Of a stretch of 64,000 nucleotides of DNA, positions 39,675-64,000 are shown one piece after another. Position numbers and translations under genes: made by a program. The stretch comes from Paraspadella gotoi. Taxonomy: Eukaryota; Animalia; Chaetognatha. Positions within the stretch are counted from its first letter, which is position 1; the number at the start of each line of letters is the position of its first letter. The stretch is taken from assembly GCA_051294375.1 (NCBI GenBank), contig CM119269.1, forward strand, positions 16,887,030-16,951,029. Reading direction: 5' to 3'. Under the pieces are notes generated by a model. That model ran no database searches, had not been told where the DNA came from, and saw nothing but the letters and a program-made list of their open reading frames with translations.

Positions 39675-42600
39675 AAGAGGAGAGGATGAGGACGAGAGAG
39701 AGGAAGCGGATGTGAGGAGATGATTGAGAGAGAGAGAGAGAGTAAAGTAAGGAGGCAGAGAATAAAATTGGGAAAAAAAGTCGATACCCGTCGCGCATGA
39801 TTGCGTCACTACTCATTTCCATGACCCGATTCCCCGTTATCGATTCCACTGCCCAGTTTCCTCTCTTCCCTCTTCTTCCTCCTTTCTAAGGAAAGGATGG
39901 TTGCAATCAGTCTGTGGACAAATGACGTGGGGTTGTAAATGCGGTTCGAGAGAGGAACAATGCTTGTGAAAGTGTCGTTTCGGATTTTCCATGCCGTTTC
40001 TCGTTTTCTCCCGTCGCGTGCATGTCATTCGTCTCTCTCTCCAGCGATTCTACTCTCTGCGCGTTATTTATAATGAATTATTAAATTTTTGGAGTAGTTC
40101 CTTTAAAATGATTTCTTTGGGATAGAGTGAGGGGAACTACGACGTGATTTTGTTCAAGCTTCCTCTATTAATGATCTTTTAAGTATGTATTTTATCGTAT
40201 TTATCCGCTTTTATTTTTAGATGTAGTGTATGACATAATCAAAAATTTAGGAAAAGAAGTGTCAGTGCACTAAGCTGATAATCTTATGGAACCTGATACG
40301 TAATTTTGCGAGTAGTTATTATAAGAAAATGATGCGATAAGCGACGCCGTGACGACCTAAAAACGAAGTTTAACAAATCCGTTCAGTTAACATTATGCAA
40401 GCCGACGAAATTTCCGTCGCTCGTCGTCGTCGTCTTTCATTAGTCGTCGTTTTGTCGTCATTGCCGCTGGTAAACCAATCGGACCAAGAGAAGCCGGCAT
40501 TCAGGATAGATTTGCAATGAGACCGACCGAACCGCAAGAAGCTCCATCCATGCTCTTGCCCAAAATTCTTCTTTTTCTCTCTCTCTCTCTCTCTCTCTCC
40601 TCTCTTTCTCCTTTCTATCTTCGTCTTATACTTTCCTTTCGCGGCCCGGACTGTTTCGTTTCACCCCTTCATTATATTCCAATATCAAATCATTTTCTTC
40701 TTTTCACGCAAAACCCATCAGGCCGAAACTTCTTAAGGATTTCTCCTAAATCACATTTCCACTACATCACTCTTTTATTTTCCTCTTTTTCACAACATCA
40801 TCATTCATTTTTTTCATTATGAAAATTCTTTTTTTATCTATATAGTTCCTTAAGTTCCATATTAACAGAAGAATTCAATAGAAACTGGTTAAAGGATTAT
40901 GCGATTTCAGGAATTCGAGTTATGATAAGAAGAGTTGGTTCCACCCTCTTTTCTCTCCTTTTCCACGCGATGGGGCGACCCCGCGGAATGCCGTCGAGGG
41001 TCGCTCGGGGGCGCTAATATCACCATGGGCTTCTCTTTCAGTGTGTCTAATGGTTACGAGGACATTATTTCCCCGCAGCAGTGCGCAATCGCCATTTACT
41101 CTTCGTGTTCATTGTTTTCTCCGTTTTCCCAGTCGATGAACCGATATTAAAAAAGAAGAAAAAATACATATTCTCTTCTGTTTTGAATGTTGAAAAATTA
41201 CTGGTATCTCTTAACAAGAATAAGAAAGTGAAGACATATTTTTTGAAAAAGACTGGCGAACAGTCTGGTAAAGCTCACATTTATATATCTTTAATTATTA
41301 GATTTTAATTATTAACAGAGTTCTTTTCATTACATTCAAAATCGCCGACCCCAATTTAAAGCGGCCGACAGTCATCACTGTTTCAACCATCTTAAAAATA
41401 CTGGGTTTCAAACCTTGAAGATAATCTTTCTCTTATATGTTTGCGCCGGAATATCGGTTTAACTTGACTGCGATTTGTTGAAAAATTGGTATATATTTGT
41501 ATAAGCAAAGTTGTCGGATGACTTGTTTCTCGTTCCACGGACTGCGACTAAGTGAAGGCGTTCTTTCGTGCTCTTGACGGCGGATTTCTTATTTTTTTTT
41601 CTTTTTTCTCGTGGAAAACGCTATTTTTTTGCTCTCGCTACTTCCTTATATGTTTCAGTATCGTTTTTTTTATTTGAAAGTTTTTTATTCTGTATTTAAT
41701 TTTTTTATACGAGGGTCGTATTTAATAAATTAAATTAAAACTTACCATTTACGTTACGTTTACATGCTTCTGTAGATATTTTCACTAAGCTGATTGCTCC
41801 TTAAATTCTGGAATTTTTAATAAAAGGGCCGGCCCCCGCCCCATATAGATTTCATTTGCCCCTATATCCTTCCCCAGTATGTATCCCTATCAGAACATAC
41901 AATTTACATGGATAGTCTTTATCCCTATTGGTTAAAATAAATCATATATTTAACGTGGTCCTCATAAAAATAATTATCCATTCCCACCCCTTTCTGTTCG
42001 CCTCTTAGATATTTATGATTTTCCATTAATGACTTCTTCTAACAGAATGACATGTGTGTGATATCTATAGAACAGGAAGAATAGTAATCTAACCTATGTG
42101 TTGTATAAAGATGCTTCCTCTATTTTCCAGAAGGCACAACACTGTATTCCCTTTCCAATTTGAATTATTAGATTAATAAATAAAACATTTTTTAAAAAAG
42201 AAACAATATATGGTTGAATATAATATAGAATTAAAGTATAATCTTGCATAAAAATATTAAAATAAAAAAAAATGAAAACAATTAGTGAAACAAGTAATTT
42301 TGCAATTTTCATTAATCTGGCAGAAATCCATTTGCCGACAAATATGGAAAAACCGAGTCCGTGTCATTCCGTGAATTTGAGACTTTCACAATCACGTACG
42401 CAAAATGACGCTATTTTTGGCACCGAATTTCGGTCACTCGAGAATAGAGATTCATTTTTTTACGTCTCGTGAATATTAGAAAAGTCGCCAACGACCATTC
42501 TCCTTAGGACCAATCAACTCCGCTCCGCTCTTCCGTGGCAACGAACGCCTCCATCGTTGACGACGCCTTTTGCGACGCGGCACCGAAACGAGCCGCCCGC

Positions 42601-45600
42601 AGACCGTCGCCTGCAACACGGAGGCCTGTCGGCTCGGAGTGGCGCGTGGGGAAGTGGGGGCCCTGCGGTGAGGAGATTGATTGTCATTGATTGATATTAT
42701 TTTGGGTTTTAGAATCGAGTTATTTCAGGAATTTACTTTTCATCAAGAGAAATAATTGAGCGCAATGTGTCGTGATTGCGGGGACGATTTTTGAGTTCAT
42801 TATTATCGATTCTTGTTATCGAAGATAGACGAGGAAGAGGGGGAGGAGAGAGAGAGGAAGGGAAGGAGAGAGAGAGAGAGAGGATGAGAGAAGAGGGACG
42901 AGAGAGAGAAGAGAGAGAGAGGAGAGAGGAGGAAGATGGAGAGAGAGAGGCGAGGGAGAAGAGAGAGAGAGAAGGGAGAGAGAGGAGAGAGAGAGAGAGA
43001 AGACGATATTAAAATGTCAGGGAAAAGTCCGTCGGCCGAAATCAGCAGTTCTTATTGTCAGACTCGCCAAGAGCAAGAGAAAGGAGAGAAAGAGAGCGTA
43101 CAGTAACAAGTACAAGGTTACAGAGAAGTAGAGAGAAGAGGGAAAAGAGAGAGAGAGAGAATGGGGAGGGAGAGAGAGAGAGAGAGATGGAAGGGTGAGG
43201 GACGAGAGAGATGAGAGAGAGAGAGGAGAGGAGAGAGGAGATTGGATGAGATGAAGAGAGAGGAGAGAGAGAGACGAGAGAGGCGACTTAACTCTTAAGG
43301 AATTGGGAATCTGAAATGAGAAAAAGGGAAATCTGAAAGGGACGAGAGAGAAAAGAGGGCTTGACTAGAAGAAAGATTCGACGAAGCGAAGAAGGAAAAA
43401 AAAAACGGGAGAGAAAAAAAAAAGTTTATTATTAATGGATCGAATGAGGAAAGAGAAAAGTGGGTTTGTTTGGTTAACTATTTTCGTGTGTATTTGGTTT
43501 TTTCGTATTACTATATTAATTTACTATTCGTGTTTCACTACAGATTAATTACTTTTCTTATTTGAAATTGATTTTTTTTTTTCAAACGATTATTTTCTTC
43601 CATCATTGTGATTAAGACAGTTTTTAACCTTGGTTATTTTTGACCAAGGTTTTTTTTTATTTAAATTTTGATTTTCCATTTTTTTATGATTCGCTTAAAA
43701 TTTTTCTGTCACCTCATTCATATCTATTATGTTCCCTCTTTTTTTTCCAATTTTTTCCATATTTTTTTAATCCCACGCACAAATTTTTTAACATTCGATT
43801 CCAATTATCGCTTTTGGTTTTCTTTTTTTTCTCAAAAATAAGGACGCGAACCGGCGACCTCGTCGGCTTGCTAAAATCGAACGGCTATTTTGCTCTGCGT
43901 GAATCTGAAAGAAGGACGTGAATTATACATCAAGATTTCCGCGTCATTGTCGTCATGTTCGTCGTCAGGTTGTGTTCGTCCGTTCGGTCAGTCTCGTCGT
44001 CTTTATTTTTCGTTTTTGATTTCAATTCAATTTCGTTTTGATTCCAAATTTCATTTTTCGAAACAAACCTGGCACTTTGGTTTGTCATTTTGGTACGTGT
44101 TTTTTTTTAATCGAATGGATTCAAACTCGGAAATTATATTCAAATGTTATTAAAAAATACCATCCATTGTAATTTTCTGCTGTTAAAAACGTTTAATATA
44201 AGCATAATCGTGATCATCGTCATGATCATCATCATCACTGTCGTCGTACATCGTCGTCATGATCGTCGTCATCTTATTTGACGCCGCCTTCCACTCCAGA
44301 CAAACTTCAATTTCGTTCGATAGCTTCTCGCGGGAAAGCGGCGCGCGCCCGACACATGCACCACCAATATTAGAATTTAAATGGCTTATTCATTTCTTTC
44401 CTTTTAATTTATTTCTATTCTTTCTTAACCTCTTTTATTTTCTCTCTCTCTTCTTTCTTTCTTCTATTCTTTTTCTTTCTTTCTTTCTTTCTTTGCTTTC
44501 TTCTTCTTTCTTTCTTTTCTTTCTTTCTTTCTCTTTCTTTCTTTCTCTTTTCGCTTTATTTTACTTTAATTTTCAATTCACGACCAGTTGTTTTACGAGT
44601 GATTTAGCAAGACTTACGTGTAATTTAAAATTTTATCAAAAAGCGTGTATTGATACATTATATCTCTTTCCCTTCTCCTTCACTCCCGCCTCCATCCCAT
44701 CTCCCTCTCCACCAGCGCACCTGCGGCGTCGGTCGCACGTCGAGACATCACCTTGCGTTCCGTCGCTGTGGCGGCGTCGATGTCGTTATCGACGCCCAAA
44801 CTCGGCGTCCGGCGGCGGCGGCGGGTCGTCAGTAAGCGGCGCAACCGGCCGCCGAAAAACTGCGAGCGGGATTGCGTTGGAGTGGGAGCCCGGCCCGTGG
44901 GAAGTAAAGTCGATAGGAAGGGGGTAGGAGCGATGTGTTGTGGTTGAGGAGAGAGAAGAACATGGCAGGGATTTGTTGATGGTCGAATGACACATGCGAC
45001 CCAACGCGGCCCCACTATAAATCTTAGTTACGGTCGATTGACGAAAAAATATCACAGAAGGCTCGCTATCGAGCCCAGAACGACGGGCGGGATCCGGTAT
45101 ACTCGTCTTGATAGTATGAGTTCGGAAGAAGGGCGTTGCTGCTCGGCGCGTGCGCGCGTTGATTTTTTTTTCGAAAAAAAGCGACAGCTGATTGTTGTTG
45201 ATTTTAGTAAAACTTGTTTTTCCTTGAACGCGGAGAGAGTCACGACGCTAATACTATTTCATGAAATTGGTACACTCAATATAAAAATGTATCCATTTCT
45301 TTAATAAAATAAGCTATCTTTGACCCTGACTTTGGGGACAGGCTTTTGATGGTTTAAACCTACATCACTCTTACAAGTTTTTGTAGACGGACGTTTATGG
45401 ACGATTATGACGACGACAAACGACGACGCGACGACCGACGATGGATCTTGATGATTGATGACTTGTATTTTGATGATGATTGCTGATGATGATGTGCTAG
45501 TATTGATGACGAATGACGAATGACGATGTCGGCGCCAGCCGAGTAAGCGACGTCGTATTTTATGGAGCAGGAAAGAAAAAAGATTAGTTGAAGAGCTAAA

Positions 45601-45629
45601 CATGATCTCTCTTCCTCTCCTCTCTCTCT

Positions 45630-45686
<57 letters not shown>

Positions 45687-48600
45687 CTCTTCTAAATTGT
45701 CACTTCTTTCTTCTTTCTTTCCTTTCATTTTTCTGTTCAAAGTCAAATCTCTCGCATGATTCAGGCATGTTTTTAAAGAATGAAAAAAAAATTACCCTCA
45801 TCGCGCGACGCGATTTCTTCCTCACCCCAAGCCTACCTTTTCTCCCTCTCCAGTAGTTCGTCAACTTTGCCGGAAAAGGCGAGCGGCGCCCGCTCCGTTC
45901 AAGTCTGCGCCACTTCGCGCCGCTCCACCGTCGACGCCGCTTCGTGCCGGCGCTGCGAACCGGCAAGGTCGCGCTTGTGTGCGACCTGGGATCCTGCAGT
46001 CCGAGATCGTGGTTCGTGCACCGAAGGTGTCCAAAACCGGTGAGGGGTGAGGTCGGTCGGCTCGGTGAGGGTTGATGTAGAGTGAGAGTGATAGAAGATA
46101 TATTAACTTTAGAGAGGAATGAATTGATCTCGTCTCGGAGATTGGTTGGTTGGTAGTTGGTTATTTCGAAAGAAGTTAATAGAACTCGTTATTATTGGTT
46201 GGCGAAATCTAAAAAAAAAGTAGAGTGGAAATGTCCAATTATCCGTTTTTAGATCTGCACGGAGATAATTGTCGTACGAGAAAAAAACTAGTAGGAATTT
46301 AGCATATTAGATATTTTGATTTAGTGCGAAGTGACCTTGCGCGCAACGGTTTTCACATCGCCAAGTGACTTGTCCTCTTACTTCTTCGTCTTTCTCTCAT
46401 TCTGGCGATTTTCGTCAAAACAGCGTCCTACCTAAATACGGGTTTATCCTGATGGTTAACAATGAGAAAAAAGGTCACAGTCATATCTAAATCGATCATA
46501 ACTTAAATTCGAGAGCAGTTCTAACCCAATTTCTGTAAGTGTTCTCCTTAAATCCCAAGAGGACCATATAAATCAGTAGTATATTTGGAAAAAGATTCTG
46601 TTATGTGACTATAGTGATTATATGTGAATTATCAGAGATTATCTTAAAGTCCCCTTTATAATTTAATGTATTTAATTATAATTGTTTATTGAATATAGTT
46701 TATATCAGTTTATTCTTAAACTCGGTGAGTCAGATTAGGCGGACTCTCCGTGCGCTGGTTCCATTAGAAGAAATGCATATGAGGTCGTGCATCTATTTCC
46801 ACAAATATATGTGATAGCGTCTTCCGGTTATTGATGTTAATTTTTTCAAACAAAATCCATAATTAAAACACATAAAATATTACCAAACCAACAATGCAAC
46901 GAGTTTTAGATCGTATGCGGATGATTTTAAAAGCAACAGCATGACGCGAAACGAAGGGGGCGGGAATTTTAATAACATTTTATGTCGGAAATTACTGATG
47001 AAAAAAAACCCAGGAGAAGTTCAATGAATAAAAGTTGTTTCGAAGCCGTATGATTTTCTCTCTCAGTGGACGAAAAAGGTCGCACGAATGCGATAATATA
47101 GAAAGATCAAGGCGTAAAACTTAAGAAAAAGCAGAGACACGGCAGGTATCGTGTATCAGTGTTTAACATTGTCCACAGAAAAAAGCTTGCCAAAGGCAAA
47201 CGGCCGAAGAGTCGAAAGCTTGCCCGCTGAGCGAACAGAAGGAATGCGTTGGGACAGTGGTTCGTGGACAGTGGGAACAAGTAGGCGGCGCGTGCCAATA
47301 GATCGATCAATCATTAATCAAATTTATTCGTTCAGCCAACTCATAAAAAAAACCCCAAATAATGAAAATCAACTTGAATTAAATCATTAAAATTGAATAA
47401 AATAACCATCTAAAATTAATCAATCAATCAATCAATCAATCATAACATAAGTCAATCAATCGCAACATCAAATCCACATCAACCAATAACATGTCAAACA
47501 ATAATCAATCAATCACATCAATCAATTAATGCAACCAATCATATATCAATCAATTTCAAGTGTTCTCTTCCTGCGGCAGCCGGCATTCGTCGCCGCCACT
47601 GGCGTTCGCCTGTCTTCGGTCTCGGCGCCGGCCGCCGCTTCTTCGGTTCGTCGACGCGCGTCGTGTAAGACAAGAGAAGCCGGCGTTCGACTGAAGCCTG
47701 CGTGGCCAGCGTACGGCAGCGTCGGCGGCGGCGGCAGTGACGGCGGCAGGTGACGCCGGGAGCGCTGCGACGTCAATCGCGGTTCACTGGTTTAAACGAG
47801 AATGGACGGAGGTAAACAGAGGTGGCGTTCTGTTTTGATTTCTATTCTTTCTGTCCTCTCTCTCTCTCTCCTCTTCTCTTCTCTCTCTCTCCTCTTCTCT
47901 CTTCTCTCTCTCTCTTCTCTCTCTCTCTCTCGACCCGAGTCAATTCAACATACTCTCTCTCTTTCTTCTGTCATAAAAAAAATATATTAATACAAAAATG
48001 TTAATATTAATGCTAATTCATAATAACGACATTTTTACTTGGGTATCAGTGGACACGAAATCCTGCGACACGGGATACCGAAGTGTCAAGTCAAAATGCA
48101 TGTTCTCCTCGAGCGACGACGAAGCCTTCGGACAGCGGATTGGCTTCGGCAGCGCCAGCCGCGTCAGCCGCGTTCGCCATCCGAGGGCAGCGGCGCCAGC
48201 CGGTCTGCGACTCCAAAACGAGGCAGAGGAGAGAGGAAATCTGAACGCCTTCCAATGCGCGTTCCAAGACGCGAGATCGAGAGAGGACGTTAGAGGAGAG
48301 GAAGAAGGGTGAGTGTTGTTGTTATGGTTGTCTCGATGATGCTTGGTGATCTTTTGACTCTCTCTCTCTCACTAATTTCTCTTTCTCTTTCTCCCTCACA
48401 GAAAACCAAGTGCAAAGACATAATTTTCCAAACTGCCATTCTGGTTGGTTGCAAGCTGCGACTCTGCAGTTACGCGTTACTACAGAAAAACTGTTGTCGT
48501 AGTTGCCGTTGGTTACGACGGGAAGAGCGAAGGGGAGGAAGAGGAAGATCAAGCAAAGCAAGCAAACGTCGAGTGAAGGATGACGAAAACGACGACGACG

Positions 48601-50363
48601 AGACGACGAAGACGACGACGACGCGATCGTGGCGGGTCGATCGATGTCCCAGTTTTTAGGAAAAAAAAAATCATTGTTAATTCCAGATTGAATATTTATT
48701 TGTCTTTCCTCTCTCTTAATTTTTAGTTGCGCAGTTGATTACTCGCTGCTAGTACTCACAATTATCTCGGAGGTCACTTTTCGGTCGGTCAGTCCGGTAG
48801 GTCTGTCCCACTTAAAAATGCACCTAACTCACCTAACTATCAATACTTGCGTATGCTCATTTGTTATGACAGGAAAAAAACCCTCTAATTTAGCGCCAGC
48901 ACTTTTGATTAAAAAAATAAAATGACAGAATTTCCATGCAGGGACCATGTCGAAACAAACTAGAATACATAGGATAAAATCATTATTAAATGTAAGTTCG
49001 GCTAATTCAGAAAATTACTGAGTCTTTTAGAGTTAATACTTGGCGAACTGGTAAGATATTACTACAATGGCTTTTTAAATGCAAAAAGTAAATGTATCGC
49101 GCATAGTTTTTTGTAATGTGCGGTTGTTTGAGTCAACCATAGACGTTTGTAATTGACATAAGATTTCTATATCATGAGTCAGGTGATCACATTGGAAATA
49201 CACGTGAATAATAAAAGTCATAATTTGATTGACCCGATCTTCGTTTTTTTTTTCATTTTGTAATCTTCGATAAACGGGCTCATTTTTTAATTTTCATATA
49301 AAACACACTTAGAATCTCTTTCTCCGTTGGATTCTGTCACCCCCATCGCTTTCATAGTTGTTTGTTGTGTTTTTTTTATGTTCAATGTTCGCTACGAATT
49401 GTAAACGTGTCAGCTAGAACATTAATTTTAACGAAATAGAACCATGAAAACTATTTTTTAATTTAGTTTTCTGCTATTAATATTATTTTTTAAAGTGCGA
49501 AGGTCACAGGTTCTTATTTTCGGTTCGAACTTCCCTTAGGCTTATGCTTAATGCGCGTAGGACACGCCGTCGACCCAATTAGGCCAAACCATCCGATGGC
49601 TTCCAAGCCTTTTACAGTCTACAATAATAAAATGCCATCATGCTGACGTTTTAAGTTAAACTTTTAACTCTCTCTGTTGCGATCTAAAAAAAAGAAGGAT
49701 TTTAATATGCACTATCGCAATGCAGTATTTACAAATTAAGGAAGACATAAACTAAGCTAAGGTTAAACAAAAAAAGGAATTCATCGAACAAGGGACGACA
49801 ATAAGTCCATTTCTGAAATCTTATAAATTCATGAAAGATTTTGTCTAAACTGTTACGAATCTAAGAAGATATTTGCTGTAAGCGACCGCGGACGCAACCG
49901 AACGGATTCGTCTCCTGACAGAGACTCTGGAATTTAAGTTAGAGAACAGAAAAAAGTCTTCATGAACTGAAGATAATTAGGCTGCAACTGGTCTGTAAAA
50001 AGCTCTTTGCATGTAAACGATTTTGTTAGTAGACAGATGCGTTAGCAGTTAGTATAGTGTAGCTAACTACCTATGGGAGAAAAAGAGAGAGAGAGAGATA
50101 GGAAGAAGAGGGGAGAAGGAGAGAGAGAGAGAGAGAGAGAGAGCAATAATATTTAGAAATATATCTTCAGAATTGTAACTTCCTTTGCAGGTCATATAGC
50201 TACTTTGATGTATAGTACCCTGAATCTTTCTTTTCCGTCGATGCAACACGCGGTATCGCCGCGATGTCAGGTGCCTACGGGTCCTTGCTGGTCCTCTGCT
50301 CGCGTCCTGACTCGCGGTTGAAGTGCGTGCTCTCCGAATTAAGTCGAATGCTCCTTCTTTCTT
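39636..50363 (+). repeat. Inverted, indel-rich copy 1 of ~29900-39635 (probable mis-oriented long-read gap fill); contains frameshifted THSD4-like exons
   Basis: Collinear reverse complement of the clean region, e.g. TSP1 exons near 42510, 44720, 45855, 47560 and 48050 and PLAC near 48400, with frequent 1-2 nt indels; ends at a 25-N gap. Confidence 0.9.
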
Positions 50364-50388
50364 NNNNNNNNNNNNNNNNNNNNNNNNN

Positions 50389-50535
50389 CTCCCCCGCATT
50401 CGTGCGTGCACGGCGTGGTTCCGTGCATTTTCCAAGCGTAAATCACGTCTGGTCGACGACCTTTTGTTGCTTCGTTGACGGCGACGACGGCGCCTCTGGT
50501 GGACGACAACGTTCCTCGCGCTTGAGCAGACGGAT
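50389..50535 (-). CDS. THSD4: THSD4-like exon, linker and first half of TSP1 repeat 1
   Basis: aaacgcag|AT...GGA G, ending at the 25-N gap; 147 nt, phase 1 to 1; (D)PSAQARG...VIYAWKMHGTTPCTHECGG joins in frame to the 37082 exon and resembles the THSD4 WK-GTT-C-CG motif as recalled. Confidence 0.85.
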
Positions 50536-50751
50536 CTGCGTTTAAGATGAAACCCGAGAGTGGAGTTAAATTTAAAATATAATTTAAAAGAAGAAAAATG
50601 CTATAGGAAAAAAATAACTAATTTATAAATATAAATAAATATAAATAAATATAAATACAGACAAACCACGGACAAACTAAAGCGGATTGACATTTAAATT
50701 TGCAGTTTTTAATTATCGTTTGATTTCGAAATTTGTCTATGAGTTAGATAG

Positions 50752-62089
<11,338 letters not shown>

Positions 62090-62114
62090 NNNNNNNNNNN
62101 NNNNNNNNNNNNNN

Positions 62115-62157
62115 TTTTTTCACTTCGTCGTTTCCTTTAGATCCCCGAGTTGATTCA
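62115..62157 (-). CDS. Probable small linker exon of the THSD4-like gene (last base lost at the gap)
   Basis: ttccaatcag|T GAA...AAA AAA; (S)ESTRGSKGNDEVKK. Its phase-2 start fits the 62619 donor, and the displaced sequence at 50786 (G|gt...) supplies the phase-1 end needed for the 50535 exon. Confidence 0.6.
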
Positions 62158-62618
62158 CTGATTGGAATTATTTGTTTTATGACAGGAGTTGCTTAATTAA
62201 TGCTCGCAAGTTTTCTAGTCAATTGAAAAAAATTTTTCTAAATGCCTTAATTGTTCAAAATTATCCTAATTTTAAAGATAAATGCTGAAAATATAAATTA
62301 TAGGTCTCAAACAACATCTTACTTTTTACCTCACTCTCGCTTAATTCCTTTTTTTTCTATTACTTAATCGATTTTGTTTTCTTTCATCCTTCTTTTCTTT
62401 TCGTGAAACATTCAGTCTCAATTTTATAAATCCTCTGCTCTTTTTTTTTCAACTCTCGACCTTTTTTCTTTCTTCTCGACTTCCTATGAACTATTTTTTT
62501 CATTTTTATCTTCAAAGCCCAGTTAATTGTGATTAATCCCTCTTTATTTTTTTTTTCAGTCTCATTTCCCCCCCTTCTTCATTCCTCCTTCCTTCCTTCA
62601 TTCATTTTTTTTCCCAAC

Positions 62619-62890
62619 CTGGAGCTCGAACGAAAGAGGGCGACCTTCCCGTCTGCTCTCTCCTTCCCGCGCCTCTCGGCAACGCCTCCTTCTCTCCCTC
62701 CTCCTCCTCTCCCGCTCGATAGAGGCGCCTCCGTCGTAAGTCCTCTCGCGCCGAAAATGAGGAGCGATGCTCTTTTGTTGACGAATGAGAATTCGATGCT
62801 GGGATTCGACCAAAGCGCCGCCTCTCGACTGAGGAGGGAACGAAGGGTCCGCTTCGACGAACGGGAAAGACGGTTCGAGGAAAGAAGGAT
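62619..62890 (-). CDS. Probable THSD4-like exon: end of the ADAMTS spacer (NPSIEFSF) and Gly-rich linker
   Basis: tcctcccaacag|ATC...TCC AG|gttggg, 272 nt open; NPSIEFSFV resembles the NP-I/V-Y-Y end of ADAMTS spacer domains. Confidence 0.62.
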
Positions 62891-63154
62891 CTGTTGGGAG
62901 GACGAGAGGAATGTAATGAGAGCGGGGAGGAAGGGAGTCGAACGGATGAACATAGTATATATACGCGTGTTTATAAATATACGCGTGTTTATAAATATAT
63001 AAAGAAACTTAGAAAGAACAAATGCATTTATTTAAAAACATTAGTAATGAGTTGATTTAAACAAAGTTAAGACTCGGAAATATTCAATTAATTAAAAAGG
63101 TTTTTACAGATAACAAGATTGACAACTTCAAGCGCTTCCCTTCTCTTCTCGCCA

Positions 63155-63195
<41 letters not shown>

Positions 63196-63289
63196 AAAAA
63201 AGAGTGATGTAATAACAGAGCAGGATAAGAAAGATCCCTGTGACAGTGCTATGTCGGGCGTGAGGGGAGATCAAATACTCGAGTCTCAC

Positions 63290-63318
63290 CGCGGGTTTGA
63301 TGACCTTGATTATGATAG
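63290..63318 (-). CDS. Possible micro-exon upstream of the spacer-end exon
   Basis: Strong acceptor ccccctccattttccag and donor GCG|gtgaga; 29 nt; IIIKVIKPA in the phase-compatible frame; no recognisable motif. Confidence 0.3.
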
Positions 63319-63797
63319 CTGGAAAATGGAGGGGGATAGGAGAGTAGACAATTGGAGAGAAAGAAAGGAAGGAGGAAGGTATAAATAGTGGCAAGAAGGA
63401 ATTAAAATAAAAAGGAGCAAAAAGAAAAAAAGAGAGAAAAAAAATAAGAAGGGAAGGTGCAAAGAAGCATGAAGAACAATGGGAAAGTGAGGAAAGGAAA
63501 GAGGGAGAAGGTATAAGTGACAAAGAAGAATATATAATATTATAAGAATCAAGAGAATAAGATGAAGAAGCCAATAAGAAAGGAGGGAAAGAAGGAATGC
63601 AGAAAAAATGGGCAATAGGAGGAAAGGAAAGAAGAAGAAGGAAAAGGTACGAAAAGATATTGACTGCAAGATTTTCTAGCAAACTTACGTATTGCTACGT
63701 AAGTAAAACTGTCCCCATTTCCCGGGTCGGGAAGAAAGGCCAGTAAACAAATAATGATCGGAACNNNNNNNNNNNNNNNNNNNNNNNNNGTCTCTGT

Positions 63798-63846
63798 CAA
63801 TCTATCTTATCTTATCTATCTATCTATCTATCTATCTATGCATATG

Positions 63847-63893
<47 letters not shown>

Positions 63894-63957
63894 ATCTATA
63901 CCCTCTCTCTCTCTCCCTCTCTCCTCTCTCTCCTCTCTCTCCGAGTCTCTTCCTCTC

Positions 63958-63990
<33 letters not shown>

Positions 63991-64000
63991 TCTCTCTCCT
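63798..64000 (+). repeat. (ATCT)n followed by (CT)n microsatellite
   Basis: Directly visible. Confidence 0.95.

Noticed and set aside
63689-63764. Further THSD4-like spacer exon ending AC|gtaagt
   Set aside because: Good donor, but truncated by a gap and with an ambiguous frame (two open), so not called

Overview
AT-rich, intron-containing animal (invertebrate-like) genomic DNA. It is dense in (AG)n, (AAAG)n, (ATTG)n and (GAC)n microsatellites and shows no CpG depletion. It appears to be a scaffolded assembly patched with error-rich long reads, with six exactly 25-N gaps. Most six-frame ORFs are microsatellite noise. Two spliced minus-strand genes could be built by hand with GT-AG sites and consistent phases. 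(1) The 3' part of an ADAMTS-like THSD4/ADAMTSL6-ADAMTSL4 family gene: spacer end, six TSP1 repeats and a PLAC domain, with exons from about 62890 down to 31581. (2) An unrecognised gene at 27187-15473 encoding a long Ser/Pro-rich N-terminus and a C-terminal two-helix membrane hairpin. The dominant large-scale structure is two ~11 kb indel-ridden inverted copies of the THSD4-like region (39636-50363 and 50786-62089). Their junctions begin exactly with the splice donors missing from the next contigs, so they are best explained as mis-oriented gap fills rather than real duplications. Smaller elements include a Penelope-type minimal hammerhead ribozyme motif, a highly structured tRNA-derived SINE-like element, a MITE with a 9-bp target-site duplication (TSD) and internal TTAGGG-like repeats, and a purine-rich minisatellite. 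I found no convincing novel multi-gene system. All translations and folds were done by eye.
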